Shown here: one piece after another, positions 18,765 through 27,967 of the stretch | Position numbering within the stretch: position 1 is the stretch's first letter | Layout: every line of letters starts with the position of its first letter | From: an uncultured Lentimicrobiaceae bacterium | GTDB taxonomy: Bacteria; Bacteroidota; Bacteroidia; Bacteroidales; JAGNHN01 | Assembly: GCA_964590645.1 (NCBI GenBank) | Contig: CAZPYJ010000003.1 | Coordinates: 32,349 to 96,348, forward strand | Direction: 5' to 3' | Length of the DNA stretch: 64,000 bases | Made by a program: the position numbers and the translations under genes | The notes under the pieces: model-generated | The model's input: only the letters and a program-made list of their open reading frames with translations | What the model was told of the DNA's origin: nothing | Database searches by the model: none

Positions 18765-20054
18765 ATGGATCAGCATACTGAACCGGCTTTTTCAAACAAA
18801 GCATATTTGGATATGGAGCTGCTGCGCTTTACAACCGCCGGCAGTGTGGACGATGGCAAAAGCACCCTGATCGGGCGATTGCTTTATGATTCCAAATCCA
18901 TCTTTGAAGATCAGCTTGAAGCCGTTAAAAGAGCCAGCATAAAAAAGGGCGGAGAGCATATCAACCTGGCTCTCCTGACCGATGGCCTCCGCGCAGAAAG
19001 AGAACAAGGCATCACCATCGACGTGGCCTACCGCTATTTTGCCACCCCGAAACGGAAGTTCATCATCGCCGATACACCCGGGCACATCCAATACACCCGG
19101 AATATGGTGACCGGTGCCTCCACAGCCAATGCGGCCATCATTCTTATCGATGCACGCAATGGAGTGATAGAGCAAAGCTACCGCCATTCCTACATATCCA
19201 GTCTGCTGCAAATCCCCCATATCATCGTCTGCGTGAATAAAATGGATCTGGTGAACTGGGATGAAGAAGTGTATGAGAAGATCAAAGACGACTTCAAGGC
19301 CTTTGCCGCCAAGTTGGCCATCCGTGATGTGCGCTTTGTACCCATCAGTGCCCTGCTGGGAGACAATGTGGTGGAAGCTTCTAAAAATATGCCCTGGTAC
19401 GGAGGCGGTACCCTGCGCTACATCCTGGAGAATATCCATATTGGCAGCGACCACAACCGCATCGACCCGCGCTTCCCGGTGCAGTATGTAATCCGGCCGG
19501 AAAGCAATGAATACCACGATTTCCGGGGTTATGCCGGTCGGGTGGCAGGCGGGGTCTTTCGCAAAGGCGATAAGGTAATGGTCTTGCCTTCGGGCTTTAC
19601 CTCCCACATCAAAGGCATCCATACGATGACCGGAGAACTGGAGGAAGCTTTTCCCCCGCAGAGTGTGGTAATCACCCTGGAAGATGAGCTGGATATCAGC
19701 CGGGGTGATATGATTGTCAGGGAGAACAATGTTCCGGAAGTATCCCAGGATATCGACATTATGATCTGCTGGATGCACGAAAGGCCTATGCAGCTCAATG
19801 GGAAATACATCCTGATGCATACCACACGCCAGTTGAAGTGTCTGGTGAAGGAAATAAAGTACAAAGTGGATGTGAACAACCTGCATAGAATTGAAGATGG
19901 GAATGGCCTGAATATGAATGATATTGCCAGGGTTAGTCTTCGCTCCACCAAACCCATCTTTGCTGACCCTTATCGTACGAACCGCATCACCGGCAGCCTC
20001 ATCCTGGTGGATGAAGCCACCAACGAAACCGTTGGTGCCGGTATGATCGTCTGA
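18765..20054 (+). CDS. cysN: Sulfate adenylyltransferase subunit 1 (GTPase), without fused APS kinase
   Basis: TAGSVDDGKSTLIGRLL G1 motif, DTPGH and NKMD. Start at MDQHTEP. Confidence 0.9.
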   Translation: MDQHTEPAFSNKAYLDMELLRFTTAGSVDDGKSTLIGRLLYDSKSIFEDQLEAVKRASIKKGGEHINLALLTDGLRAEREQGITIDVAYRYFATPKRKFIIADTPGHIQYTRNMVTGASTANAAIILIDARNGVIEQSYRHSYISSLLQIPHIIVCVNKMDLVNWDEEVYEKIKDDFKAFAAKLAIRDVRFVPISALLGDNVVEASKNMPWYGGGTLRYILENIHIGSDHNRIDPRFPVQYVIRPESNEYHDFRGYAGRVAGGVFRKGDKVMVLPSGFTSHIKGIHTMTGELEEAFPPQSVVITLEDELDISRGDMIVRENNVPEVSQDIDIMICWMHERPMQLNGKYILMHTTRQLKCLVKEIKYKVDVNNLHRIEDGNGLNMNDIARVSLRSTKPIFADPYRTNRITGSLILVDEATNETVGAGMIV

Positions 20055-20111
20055 GCCTGCTGCTGGATTGCTGCGCCATTTGTTTTACCTTTGGGGCAAG
20101 CTCTGCCATCT

Positions 20112-21110
20112 ATGCGTTTTCAATCCCGTAAGATTTTAGTCACCGGCGCCGATGGATTCATCGGCAGCCATCTCTGCGAACAATTGGTTCGCGAAGGGGC
20201 CCGGGTGAGGGCAATGGTGTATTACAATGCCTTTGGCCATTGGGGTTGGCTCGACGATCTTCCTCAGGAGGTGCTATCAGAGATAGAAGTGGTAATGGGG
20301 GATGTGCGTGATCCCGAAAGTACCGCCCGGCTTACTGAAGGCTGTGACCTGATTTTCCACCTGGCTGCCCTGATCGGCATCCCTTACAGTTATCAGGCCC
20401 CGGCAAGTTATCTGGACACCAATGCCGCCGGAACCCTTCATATTCTACAGGCGGCAAAGCGCCACGCCTGCGAACGCATCCTCATTACTTCCACCTCGGA
20501 GGTTTACGGAAGTGCACAGTATATCCCCATCGACGAAAGCCACCCCCGCCAGCCACAGTCGCCCTACAGCGCCAGTAAAATCGCGGCAGATGCCCTGGCC
20601 TTGTCCTTCTACCACAGCTTTCAACTCCCTGTTGTCATCGCCCGCCCCTTCAACACTTTCGGCCCCCGACAATCGGCCCGTGCCGTGATCCCCACCATTA
20701 TCACCCAACTGCTGGCAGAGAAACCCGAGATTGTTCTCGGCGCGCTGCATCCCTTGCGCGACCTTGTTTTTGTGGAGGATACGGTGGAAGGACTGATACG
20801 CCTGGCGCTGAGTGAAAAAGCCCTTGGCCGTGAAGTGAATATTGCCACCGGCGAGAATATTGCTGTTATCGCCCTGGCGCAATTGCTAATTTCTATGATT
20901 CGCCCCGGCACACCCATACGCCAGGATAGCCAACGCCTCAGACCGCAGGGCAGTGAGGTGGACCAACTGCTGGGAGACCCCAGACTGCTGAAGAAAGTGT
21001 GTAAGTGGAAACCTGCCATTCCGCTGAGAGAGGGCCTTGAAAAAACCATCGCCTGGTTTCAGGAGCACAATGATCCCAAAAGGTATAAGACGGATGCATA
21101 CACCCTTTGA
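20112..21110 (+). CDS. NAD-dependent sugar-nucleotide epimerase/dehydratase (SDR family)
   Basis: ILVTGADGFIGSHLCEQL Rossmann motif and YSASK catalytic motif. Confidence 0.85.
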   Translation: MRFQSRKILVTGADGFIGSHLCEQLVREGARVRAMVYYNAFGHWGWLDDLPQEVLSEIEVVMGDVRDPESTARLTEGCDLIFHLAALIGIPYSYQAPASYLDTNAAGTLHILQAAKRHACERILITSTSEVYGSAQYIPIDESHPRQPQSPYSASKIAADALALSFYHSFQLPVVIARPFNTFGPRQSARAVIPTIITQLLAEKPEIVLGALHPLRDLVFVEDTVEGLIRLALSEKALGREVNIATGENIAVIALAQLLISMIRPGTPIRQDSQRLRPQGSEVDQLLGDPRLLKKVCKWKPAIPLREGLEKTIAWFQEHNDPKRYKTDAYTL

Positions 21111-22266
21111 GCCCATCTTTACTTTTATCCGCCGGATTTATGGGGAGGAGGGTGAAATTCATCTGCACCAGCCCCTCTTCGGGCCGGAGGAAGAAGAAGC
21201 CGTGCTCCATTGCCTCCGTACTACTGATGTGGCCGCCACCGGGGAATATGTTGCCACTTTTGAAAAACTGCTGACAGACTACAGCGGTGCCCGTCACGCG
21301 GTGGCCTGTGTGAATGGCACGGCAGCACTGCATCTGGCCCTCATCGCCCTGGGCATAGGCGCCGGAGATGTTATCCTGACGCAAGCCCTGACTTTTGTCG
21401 CTACCCGAAATGCCATTCTTTACAGCGGGGCAGAACCCCTCTTTCTGGATATAGAAGCGGATCAGCTCAGCCTGGATCCTGTCCTCCTCCGCAACTGGTT
21501 GGAAAGAAATTCGGTACAAAAAGCCGGACAAACTTTCCTACGGTCAGATGGACGGCGGGTAGCCGCCTGCCTGCCGGTACATACCTTCGGCATTCCGGCC
21601 AGGATCAAAAACATTGCATTGGTTTGTCAGGACTTTGGGATTCCCCTGATCGAAGATGCCGCAGAAGCACTGGGTTCCTTTTATGAGAAACAGCATTGTG
21701 GAACTTTCGGCAAAGCCGGCATCCTCAGCTTTAATGGCAATAAGCTTATTACCACCGGAGGCGGGGGAGCGCTCATCACCGATGATGAGGCCCTGGCAAA
21801 TAAAGTGCGCCACCTGAGTACCCAGGCAAAACAAGCCCATCCCTTTGAATATGTGCACGATGCCATTGGCTATAACTACCGGATGCCCAACATTAATGCC
21901 GCCATCGGCTGTGCCCAAATGAGGAAGCTGAAAGCCAAACTGGCTTCAAAAAAAGCGCTGGGAGAGGCCTATGAAGATTTCTTCTCCTCCCGGCCGGAGG
22001 AGGTGATAAAAACAACGTCTCCGCTCGAATGGAACTACTGGCTGAACAGCATCCTGCTGAAAGATGCCCTTGAGAAAGACCTGTTCATCAAAGAAGCCCA
22101 CCGGAATGGCATCCGTGTAAGGCCTGCCTGGAAACCCGTACACCACGATGCGGAAGGAAAACGTATCGGAATGGCGCCTCTACCGCTGGACCGGACGGAA
22201 GACATTTACCTCCGACTGGTCAACCTGCCCAGCAGCCCGCCCGATGAAAAAAACTTCTACGAATAG
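21094..22266 (+). CDS. DegT/DnrJ/EryC1/StrS family PLP-dependent sugar aminotransferase
   Basis: VNGTAALHLAL, HTFGIPA and SFNGNKLITTGGGGALI (Lys for the PLP Schiff base) are typical of the family. Confidence 0.85.
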   Translation: MHTPFEPIFTFIRRIYGEEGEIHLHQPLFGPEEEEAVLHCLRTTDVAATGEYVATFEKLLTDYSGARHAVACVNGTAALHLALIALGIGAGDVILTQALTFVATRNAILYSGAEPLFLDIEADQLSLDPVLLRNWLERNSVQKAGQTFLRSDGRRVAACLPVHTFGIPARIKNIALVCQDFGIPLIEDAAEALGSFYEKQHCGTFGKAGILSFNGNKLITTGGGGALITDDEALANKVRHLSTQAKQAHPFEYVHDAIGYNYRMPNINAAIGCAQMRKLKAKLASKKALGEAYEDFFSSRPEEVIKTTSPLEWNYWLNSILLKDALEKDLFIKEAHRNGIRVRPAWKPVHHDAEGKRIGMAPLPLDRTEDIYLRLVNLPSSPPDEKNFYE

Positions 22267-22270
22267 GCCT

Positions 22271-23302
22271 ATGGATTACTGTATCCTTGAAGCAGGGGAA
22301 GCGTGGAAGCTGCTGGAAGACCAGGTAGAGGATATCTATTTCACACAACAGTACTACCATCTCAACCGCCTGATTCAGGAAGGAGAAGCCCGATGCTTCG
22401 TTTTCCGCGACAAAGAAAAATCCTGTCACTATCCCTTCTTGCTGCGCAGCATAGGCGATACCGGGTATTTCGACATTGAAGGGGCCTACGGCTACAACGG
22501 GCATAGTCCTGCGTATATGGAACCTGCATTCCGGCAGGCTTTTTTTACTGCCTTCAGCGACTATTGTCAATCTCAGCATATCATCGCCGAGTTTACCCGC
22601 TTTCATCCCTTGCTTGCCAACCATCATTTTGCAGAGGGATATATGGATATTACTGTCCGGCAGGAAACCGTGACCGTAGCCTTGCAAAATGGATACGAGG
22701 ATGTTTGGAACAATGCATATTCCTCCCGCAATCGAAATATGATCCGCAAGGCGGAGAAATCCGGCTTCACCCTCAGGCTTGCCGAAAAGAAGGAAGAATA
22801 TCTTGCTTTCGGGGAGATGCTGCGGCATCATCTTCGGAAGAAAGGCAGTGATCCCTTTTACCTGTGGCCGGAAGCTTACTATGCGGAACTTTTTCTTTTG
22901 AAAGAAAAGTATCGGCACCTCTGGCTGGCTTATCACGAAGGGCAGCTTTCGGGAGGAGCGATGTTTTTATCCTTCGGAAAAACCGGGCACTACCATTTGG
23001 CGGCCAGGAGCGGCCCCGGTTTAAAGGCCCCGGTTTCAAACTTTTTGCTCGATGCCGGCATTCGTCAGGCCGTGGAGAGAGGACTGCATCAAATGCACCT
23101 GGGCGGAGGGATGAGCCAGGCAGCGGATGACCCGCTGTTATTATTTAAGAAAGGCTTTTCTTCACAAAGCCGGCCATTCCGCATCGGAAGCCGGGTACAT
23201 AATTCAAAGGTTTACCATCAATTAGTAAGGGAGTGGGAGAAGGATCATCCCGGGATGGCGGAAAGATATGCACACTATTTCCTACGCTACCGCCTCCGCT
23301 GA
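22271..23302 (+). CDS. FemAB-like / GNAT-fold acyl- or aminoacyl-transferase
   Basis: 344-aa protein with two-lobed FemX-like organisation: YGYNG..., NRNMIRKAEKSGF, GGAMFLSFGKTGHYHLAARS, NFLLDAGIRQAVERG. Confidence 0.55.
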   Translation: MDYCILEAGEAWKLLEDQVEDIYFTQQYYHLNRLIQEGEARCFVFRDKEKSCHYPFLLRSIGDTGYFDIEGAYGYNGHSPAYMEPAFRQAFFTAFSDYCQSQHIIAEFTRFHPLLANHHFAEGYMDITVRQETVTVALQNGYEDVWNNAYSSRNRNMIRKAEKSGFTLRLAEKKEEYLAFGEMLRHHLRKKGSDPFYLWPEAYYAELFLLKEKYRHLWLAYHEGQLSGGAMFLSFGKTGHYHLAARSGPGLKAPVSNFLLDAGIRQAVERGLHQMHLGGGMSQAADDPLLLFKKGFSSQSRPFRIGSRVHNSKVYHQLVREWEKDHPGMAERYAHYFLRYRLR

Positions 23303-23334
23303 AAAGCTTTCAGCGATAATTGTATATTTACGCT

Positions 23335-24162
23335 ATGAGAACGGTAAAGGTAGAAGCGGGTAAATGGTCCTTTTTTCAAGGCATCCGGGAATTAAGGGAG
23401 TACCGCGATCTTTTGTTTGTGCTGGCCTACCGCGATTTCAGGGTGCGGTATGCACAGACCTACCTGGGCTTTGCCTGGGCAGTGGTGCAGCCCGTGGCAA
23501 TGCTGATCGTCTTTATCCTGGTCTTCAGCAAGGCTGCAAAAGTGGACACCTCCCCCATTCCCTACCCTCTTTTTGCAATGGCGGGGATGAGCGCCTGGAC
23601 GTACTTCTCCTTTGTGCTCAGTCAATCCGGGAATTCCATCATCGCTGCCCAGGGGATGATACAGAAGATCTATTTCCCACGCTTGATTATCCCCTTATCG
23701 AAAGGATTGGTAGGCCTGGTGGATTTTGCCATTTCCTTTGTATTGATTCTTGTGCTGATGCTTTGGTTTCACTACCCGCCTTCCACGCAGATCTGGGCCT
23801 TTCCCATTTTTCTTTTCATCACCCTGATCGCTGCCCTGGGCACAGGGATATGGGTTAGTGCCCTTACCATCCGTTTCCGCGATTTGCAGCACGTGATCCC
23901 TTTTCTGGTGCAGTTCGGGCTCTTTCTCACGCCCACTGCATATCCCCCTTCCCTGGCGATCAACAACCTGCCGCAATGGCTGGGGGTGGTCTATTACCTG
24001 AACCCGATGGCCGGGGTGGTAGAGGGTTTTCGCTGGTCCCTGCTGGGAGGCGTCGCACCCCATCCTTACGCCTGGATCTCCTTCGGGGCCGTCTTTTTGA
24101 TTTTGATCAGCGGCTTATGGTGGTTCCGGAAGATGGAGCGTGTGATGGCGGATATCGTGTAG
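23335..24162 (+). CDS. wzm: ABC-2 type polysaccharide export permease
   Basis: Six-TM ABC-2 permease. N-terminal LREYRDLLFVLAYRDFRVRYAQTYLGFAWAVVQP is the classic Wzm/TagG/KpsM signature. Confidence 0.85.
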   Translation: MRTVKVEAGKWSFFQGIRELREYRDLLFVLAYRDFRVRYAQTYLGFAWAVVQPVAMLIVFILVFSKAAKVDTSPIPYPLFAMAGMSAWTYFSFVLSQSGNSIIAAQGMIQKIYFPRLIIPLSKGLVGLVDFAISFVLILVLMLWFHYPPSTQIWAFPIFLFITLIAALGTGIWVSALTIRFRDLQHVIPFLVQFGLFLTPTAYPPSLAINNLPQWLGVVYYLNPMAGVVEGFRWSLLGGVAPHPYAWISFGAVFLILISGLWWFRKMERVMADIV

Positions 24163-24402
24163 TGGGTTGCTATTTCTTTACTAACTTGGTACAATGAAAT
24201 TGATTGAGTGGAGATCCAAACAATTAAGAACCCTATTCTTAAAAAGTCGATTGACAGAGACAAAATTTTGCTCTATGGACGAGAGGATATGGGCGATTCT
24301 GCTAAAGCCCATTCCGATCTAAAACAAGAAGTGCTAAACCCGATTCAGGAGCAGCACAACATACAATAAGCAAGGCCTACCAGCCTTCTCGAATTTGAAT
24401 AA

Positions 24403-25212
24403 ATGCAACAACAGTTTTCTGAAAGAATGATCCCTCCATCAACCCAACATTCTTTGCGCCCTTTTCCCAGGTTACGCAGAGCCACCATTGGGGTTCTCAA
24501 TGCAGCGAAGCGAAAGAATATGATACATTGCCTGGTAGAATTCGATGTTACCGAAGCAAGAAGGCAGTTGCGTCAGTTGAGGAAAGATCAAAAGGACTAT
24601 ATTTCCTTTACCGGGTATCTCATTCATTGCGTGGCAAAAAGCGTGGAAAGCAACAAGATTATGCACGCTTACCGGAACAGAAGGAATCAATTGGTCTTGT
24701 TCGATGATGTAGATGTAAGCACAACCATCGAAAGAAAGATAGAAGGGAATAGCGAAGTAGTTCCCAGAATCATCCGAAACGCGAACAGAAAAAGCATTGG
24801 TGAAATTTCCCGGGAATTGAAGAAAGAAAAAGAAGAAAATGTAAAAGAAGCTGAGGTATTTCGCTCAATGAACCTCTTTTTGGCTTTACCTCCATTCATA
24901 CGGCAAATGGTGTTCAGGACGCTGGATAAGGCTCCCAAGCTAATGAAGAAAAAAGCAGGAACCATTATGCTCACCTCCATCAATATGGTTGGGACAGGCG
25001 CCGGTTGGGGAATCCCTATTGCAACGCATACTCTGAATGTTGCGATCGGGAGTATTGTGGACAGAGTTGTGGAAAAAGAAAACAAATTTGAGACAAGACA
25101 GCATCTATGTATTACTTTTAGTTTTGATCACGATATTATTGATGGCGCACCGGCAGCCAGGTTCATTAAGAATCTGAAAAGAAAAGTAGAAGAGGGATCC
25201 ATTAATGATTAA
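24403..25212 (+). CDS. Stand-alone 2-oxoacid dehydrogenase E2-type (CAT-fold) acyltransferase catalytic domain
   Basis: C-terminal ITFSFDHDIIDGAPAARFIKNL carries the D-H-x-x-x-D-G catalytic motif of E2 acyltransferases. No lipoyl or subunit-binding domains are present. Confidence 0.7.
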   Translation: MQQQFSERMIPPSTQHSLRPFPRLRRATIGVLNAAKRKNMIHCLVEFDVTEARRQLRQLRKDQKDYISFTGYLIHCVAKSVESNKIMHAYRNRRNQLVLFDDVDVSTTIERKIEGNSEVVPRIIRNANRKSIGEISRELKKEKEENVKEAEVFRSMNLFLALPPFIRQMVFRTLDKAPKLMKKKAGTIMLTSINMVGTGAGWGIPIATHTLNVAIGSIVDRVVEKENKFETRQHLCITFSFDHDIIDGAPAARFIKNLKRKVEEGSIND

Positions 25213-25222
25213 TTGTTGTGAT

Positions 25223-25708
25223 ATGGATAAAAACTTTCAGTTGAAAATGATTGGGATTGTCAGAAAGAACGAGAATGGTTTTATCATTGAATTAGCCAAA
25301 TCGTATCATTCAGCACTTGCAAAGCTGGAAGGTTTCAGTCACCTGCAGATAGTGATGTGGGGGCATCTTACGGACAACCCAATGAGCAGAGCAAATCTTA
25401 TCACTAAACAGTTGTTTAAGAAAGGGCCGGATGAGGTCGGAGTATTTGCCACAAGGCATCCTTCCAGACCAAATCCTATTCTTATTTCTACTATCTACGT
25501 GGAACGAATAGATTTTGAACAAGGGATGATATACACTCCTTTCCTTGACGTAGTGCCTGAGACCCCAGTTCTCGATATAAAACCCTATTTACCAATGGAA
25601 AGGGTTAAAAATTGCAGTGTACCATCGTGGCTCTCTCATTGGCCAAAATGGCTCGAAGAGGCAAGCAGTTTTGATTGGCATAATGAAATAAATTTCATCG
25701 ATATTTAA
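25223..25708 (+). CDS. TsaA/TrmO-like (YaeB/UPF0066 family) SAM-dependent methyltransferase
   Basis: FQLKMIGIVRK..., GFSHLQIVMWGH, GVFATRHPSRPNPILIS and DVVPETPVLDIKPYLP match the TrmO-family beta-barrel fold motifs. Confidence 0.7.
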   Translation: MDKNFQLKMIGIVRKNENGFIIELAKSYHSALAKLEGFSHLQIVMWGHLTDNPMSRANLITKQLFKKGPDEVGVFATRHPSRPNPILISTIYVERIDFEQGMIYTPFLDVVPETPVLDIKPYLPMERVKNCSVPSWLSHWPKWLEEASSFDWHNEINFIDI

Positions 25709-25726
25709 ACTCCGTTTTTAAGCTTT

Positions 25727-26941
25727 ATGCCCGCAACCGCCATCTCCATATCCTCCCTCTCCAAATCCTACCGGATTGGACACCGCACTGAAAAAAGCCT
25801 GGGGGCAAACCTCAGGAGCCGCCTCCGCTCTTCCTTTCAGGGCAGCACCCAATACGAAACTTTCTGGGCGCTGAAAGATATTTCAATGGACATCCGGCAA
25901 GGGGAGGTTCTGGGGATTATCGGAAGAAATGGCGCAGGCAAGACGACATTGTTAAAGCTGCTCTCACGCATCACTTATCCAACGGAAGGAGGTTTTGAGA
26001 TTCAGGGGAGGGTGGCCAGCTTGCTGGAAGTAGGAACAGGTTTTCACCCGGAACTTTCCGGCAGGGAGAATATCTTTCTGAACGGAACCATCCTGGGGAT
26101 GTCGCGGGCCGAAGTGCGCTCCCGATTCGATGAAATTGTGGAATTCTCCGGGGTGGCGCATTTTCTGGATACGCCTGTGAAACGCTACAGCAGCGGAATG
26201 TTTGTACGGCTGGCCTTTGCCGTGGCTGCGCACCTGGAACCGGAGGTACTGATTGTGGATGAGGTGCTGGCAGTGGGCGATGCCGCTTTCCAGCGCAAAT
26301 GCCTGGGCAAAATGGGCGAAGTGGCCCGGCAGGGTCGTACGGTCCTTTTCGTTAGTCATAATATGGGTGCCGTGGGACAACTCTGTTCACGAGCCGTATG
26401 GCTCGACCAGGGCAACATCCGCGAAGAAGGCGATACCTCAGAGGTCATTCAGCAATATCTGACCGACACCTCTGAACAGGCCTTCGGAATGGCCCGGCGC
26501 AGCGGAACCCAGCAGGTGAGTACCAGCTCGCTCAGCCTGATGAATGCCAAAGAAGAAGCCACCCGCCACTTTCAAATGGGAGACACCCTGGAGATCGACT
26601 GGCATTTCCGATTTCAGGAAGACTTTGAAGAGGTCACCCTCAGCCTGAGCCTGCGTAATCTGGCAGGGATAAAGATTACCCATTTACTGAACCACGATAC
26701 AGGATTCCGCATTGGCGGAAAGGCCGGGGAAGAGAAAAATATCCGCATCCGCTTTCCCGACCTTTGCCTGGCACCGGGAACCTACCGCTTCTCCCTGGGT
26801 ATTGAGCAGTTCCCCGCCTACCTCGATTCCCTGGAGGATGCCCTGGAGTTTACCATCAGCCAGGGGACAAAAGTGGGCAGGACCAGTGCCTACCCATCCA
26901 ATGTGATTGCCTATATGCCCACTGAATGGAGGTTTCTGTAA
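25727..26941 (+). CDS. wzt: Polysaccharide ABC exporter ATP-binding protein with C-terminal extension
   Basis: Walker A GIIGRNGAGKTTLLKLL, signature YSSGMFVRLAFA, Walker B LIVDEVL. About 150 extra C-terminal residues are consistent with a Wzt-type glycan-terminus-binding domain. Confidence 0.85.
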   Translation: MPATAISISSLSKSYRIGHRTEKSLGANLRSRLRSSFQGSTQYETFWALKDISMDIRQGEVLGIIGRNGAGKTTLLKLLSRITYPTEGGFEIQGRVASLLEVGTGFHPELSGRENIFLNGTILGMSRAEVRSRFDEIVEFSGVAHFLDTPVKRYSSGMFVRLAFAVAAHLEPEVLIVDEVLAVGDAAFQRKCLGKMGEVARQGRTVLFVSHNMGAVGQLCSRAVWLDQGNIREEGDTSEVIQQYLTDTSEQAFGMARRSGTQQVSTSSLSLMNAKEEATRHFQMGDTLEIDWHFRFQEDFEEVTLSLSLRNLAGIKITHLLNHDTGFRIGGKAGEEKNIRIRFPDLCLAPGTYRFSLGIEQFPAYLDSLEDALEFTISQGTKVGRTSAYPSNVIAYMPTEWRFL

Positions 26942-26942
26942 A

Positions 26943-27944
26943 ATGGAGAGCACACAACATACCCGTCCGAGTCTGGGTGCCAACCTGAGCGTGAAGAATG
27001 AAGAGCACCGCATTCTGCGCCAGCATCTCGAAAACCTAAAGCAGTTTTGCGATGAGATTGTGGTTACAGTAGATGAGGAAAGCACCGACAATACTTTTGC
27101 CATCTGTAAGGAATACACCGACAAGGTATTCTACATCAAAAGCGGCGATTATTCTGATTATATCCGCCGGGCCGGCTCAGAAAAGCTCAGTACTGACTGG
27201 GAGCTTTGGGTGGATGCCGACTTTCTTTTCCCGGAGGCTACGAGGAATGAAATAAGACAAGTAATCCAACAAGCTGAAGCCAGCTGCTGCGAACTTCCGC
27301 TTGTGAATTACTACTTTGGGAAATGGTTTACCTATCCCCGGCATTGGGAGCATCATATCCGTTTGTTTGACCGGTCGAAAGTTACTTATTCCCGCAACGA
27401 CCTGCACGAGTGGGAATTCAGCTATCCCTCCTCTCCACAAAGGCTCAAGAACCCATTTCTTCATTATGGTCACCCTTCCATCGAAGGTTTCATTCAGCAG
27501 CTTAACAGATACTCCAGTATAGATATTCCTGCCATTGAAGCGGCGGGAAAAGGGGGTCTTTTTCAACGTTCTTTCGGGGAGATCAAGGAAAAAGACTTGG
27601 TAAGGGATCCGCTGCAATATTTCGATTTCTATTACAACAATCTTGATTTTCGAAAAGAAGGAATGTTTGGGGCCATTTACGCCTGGGTTTTTTCATTCTA
27701 TGCCTTCGCAGAAAAGGCAAAGATTGTGGAACATCGATATAAGCAAGAAAGCAGATGGCAGGAAGGAGTTATTGATATCGAACAGGCATACCGCTTGATC
27801 CGTGAAGAGGGGTTTGAACATCACAGCGCTCCGGTATTAAGCAACAGCCGCTTCTATAAGGTTAAGAAGATTGTCCGGGGACTGACGCCCCCTTATCTGG
27901 CGGTTTTATTGAAGCGTACATTCCTCAAAGCCTTCTATCCTTAA
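26943..27944 (+). CDS. Glycosyltransferase family 2-like protein
   Basis: LGANLSVKNEEHRILRQHLENLKQFCDEIVVTVDEESTDNT and VDADF (DxD-like), typical of small GT-A fold GT2 enzymes. Confidence 0.65.
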   Translation: MESTQHTRPSLGANLSVKNEEHRILRQHLENLKQFCDEIVVTVDEESTDNTFAICKEYTDKVFYIKSGDYSDYIRRAGSEKLSTDWELWVDADFLFPEATRNEIRQVIQQAEASCCELPLVNYYFGKWFTYPRHWEHHIRLFDRSKVTYSRNDLHEWEFSYPSSPQRLKNPFLHYGHPSIEGFIQQLNRYSSIDIPAIEAAGKGGLFQRSFGEIKEKDLVRDPLQYFDFYYNNLDFRKEGMFGAIYAWVFSFYAFAEKAKIVEHRYKQESRWQEGVIDIEQAYRLIREEGFEHHSAPVLSNSRFYKVKKIVRGLTPPYLAVLLKRTFLKAFYP

Positions 27945-27967
27945 AGGGGGCGCAATGCTGGCAAAAG

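Larger units (their letters stand above)
24163..25726. other. AT-rich two-gene insertion separating wzm from wzt
   Basis: The sequence is visibly more AT-rich than the flanking wzm and wzt coding DNA. It contains two same-strand genes unrelated to transport. Confidence 0.5.

Noticed and set aside
18792-19886. 364-aa minus-strand ORF
   Set aside because: It is antisense to cysN, whose GTPase motifs make the plus-strand frame unambiguous.
24194-24322. Short ORF (about 42 codons, MKLIEWRSKQLRTLFLKSRL...) at the left edge of the AT-rich insertion
   Set aside because: It is too short and featureless to call and may be a gene remnant. It is mentioned only as part of the insertion leader.
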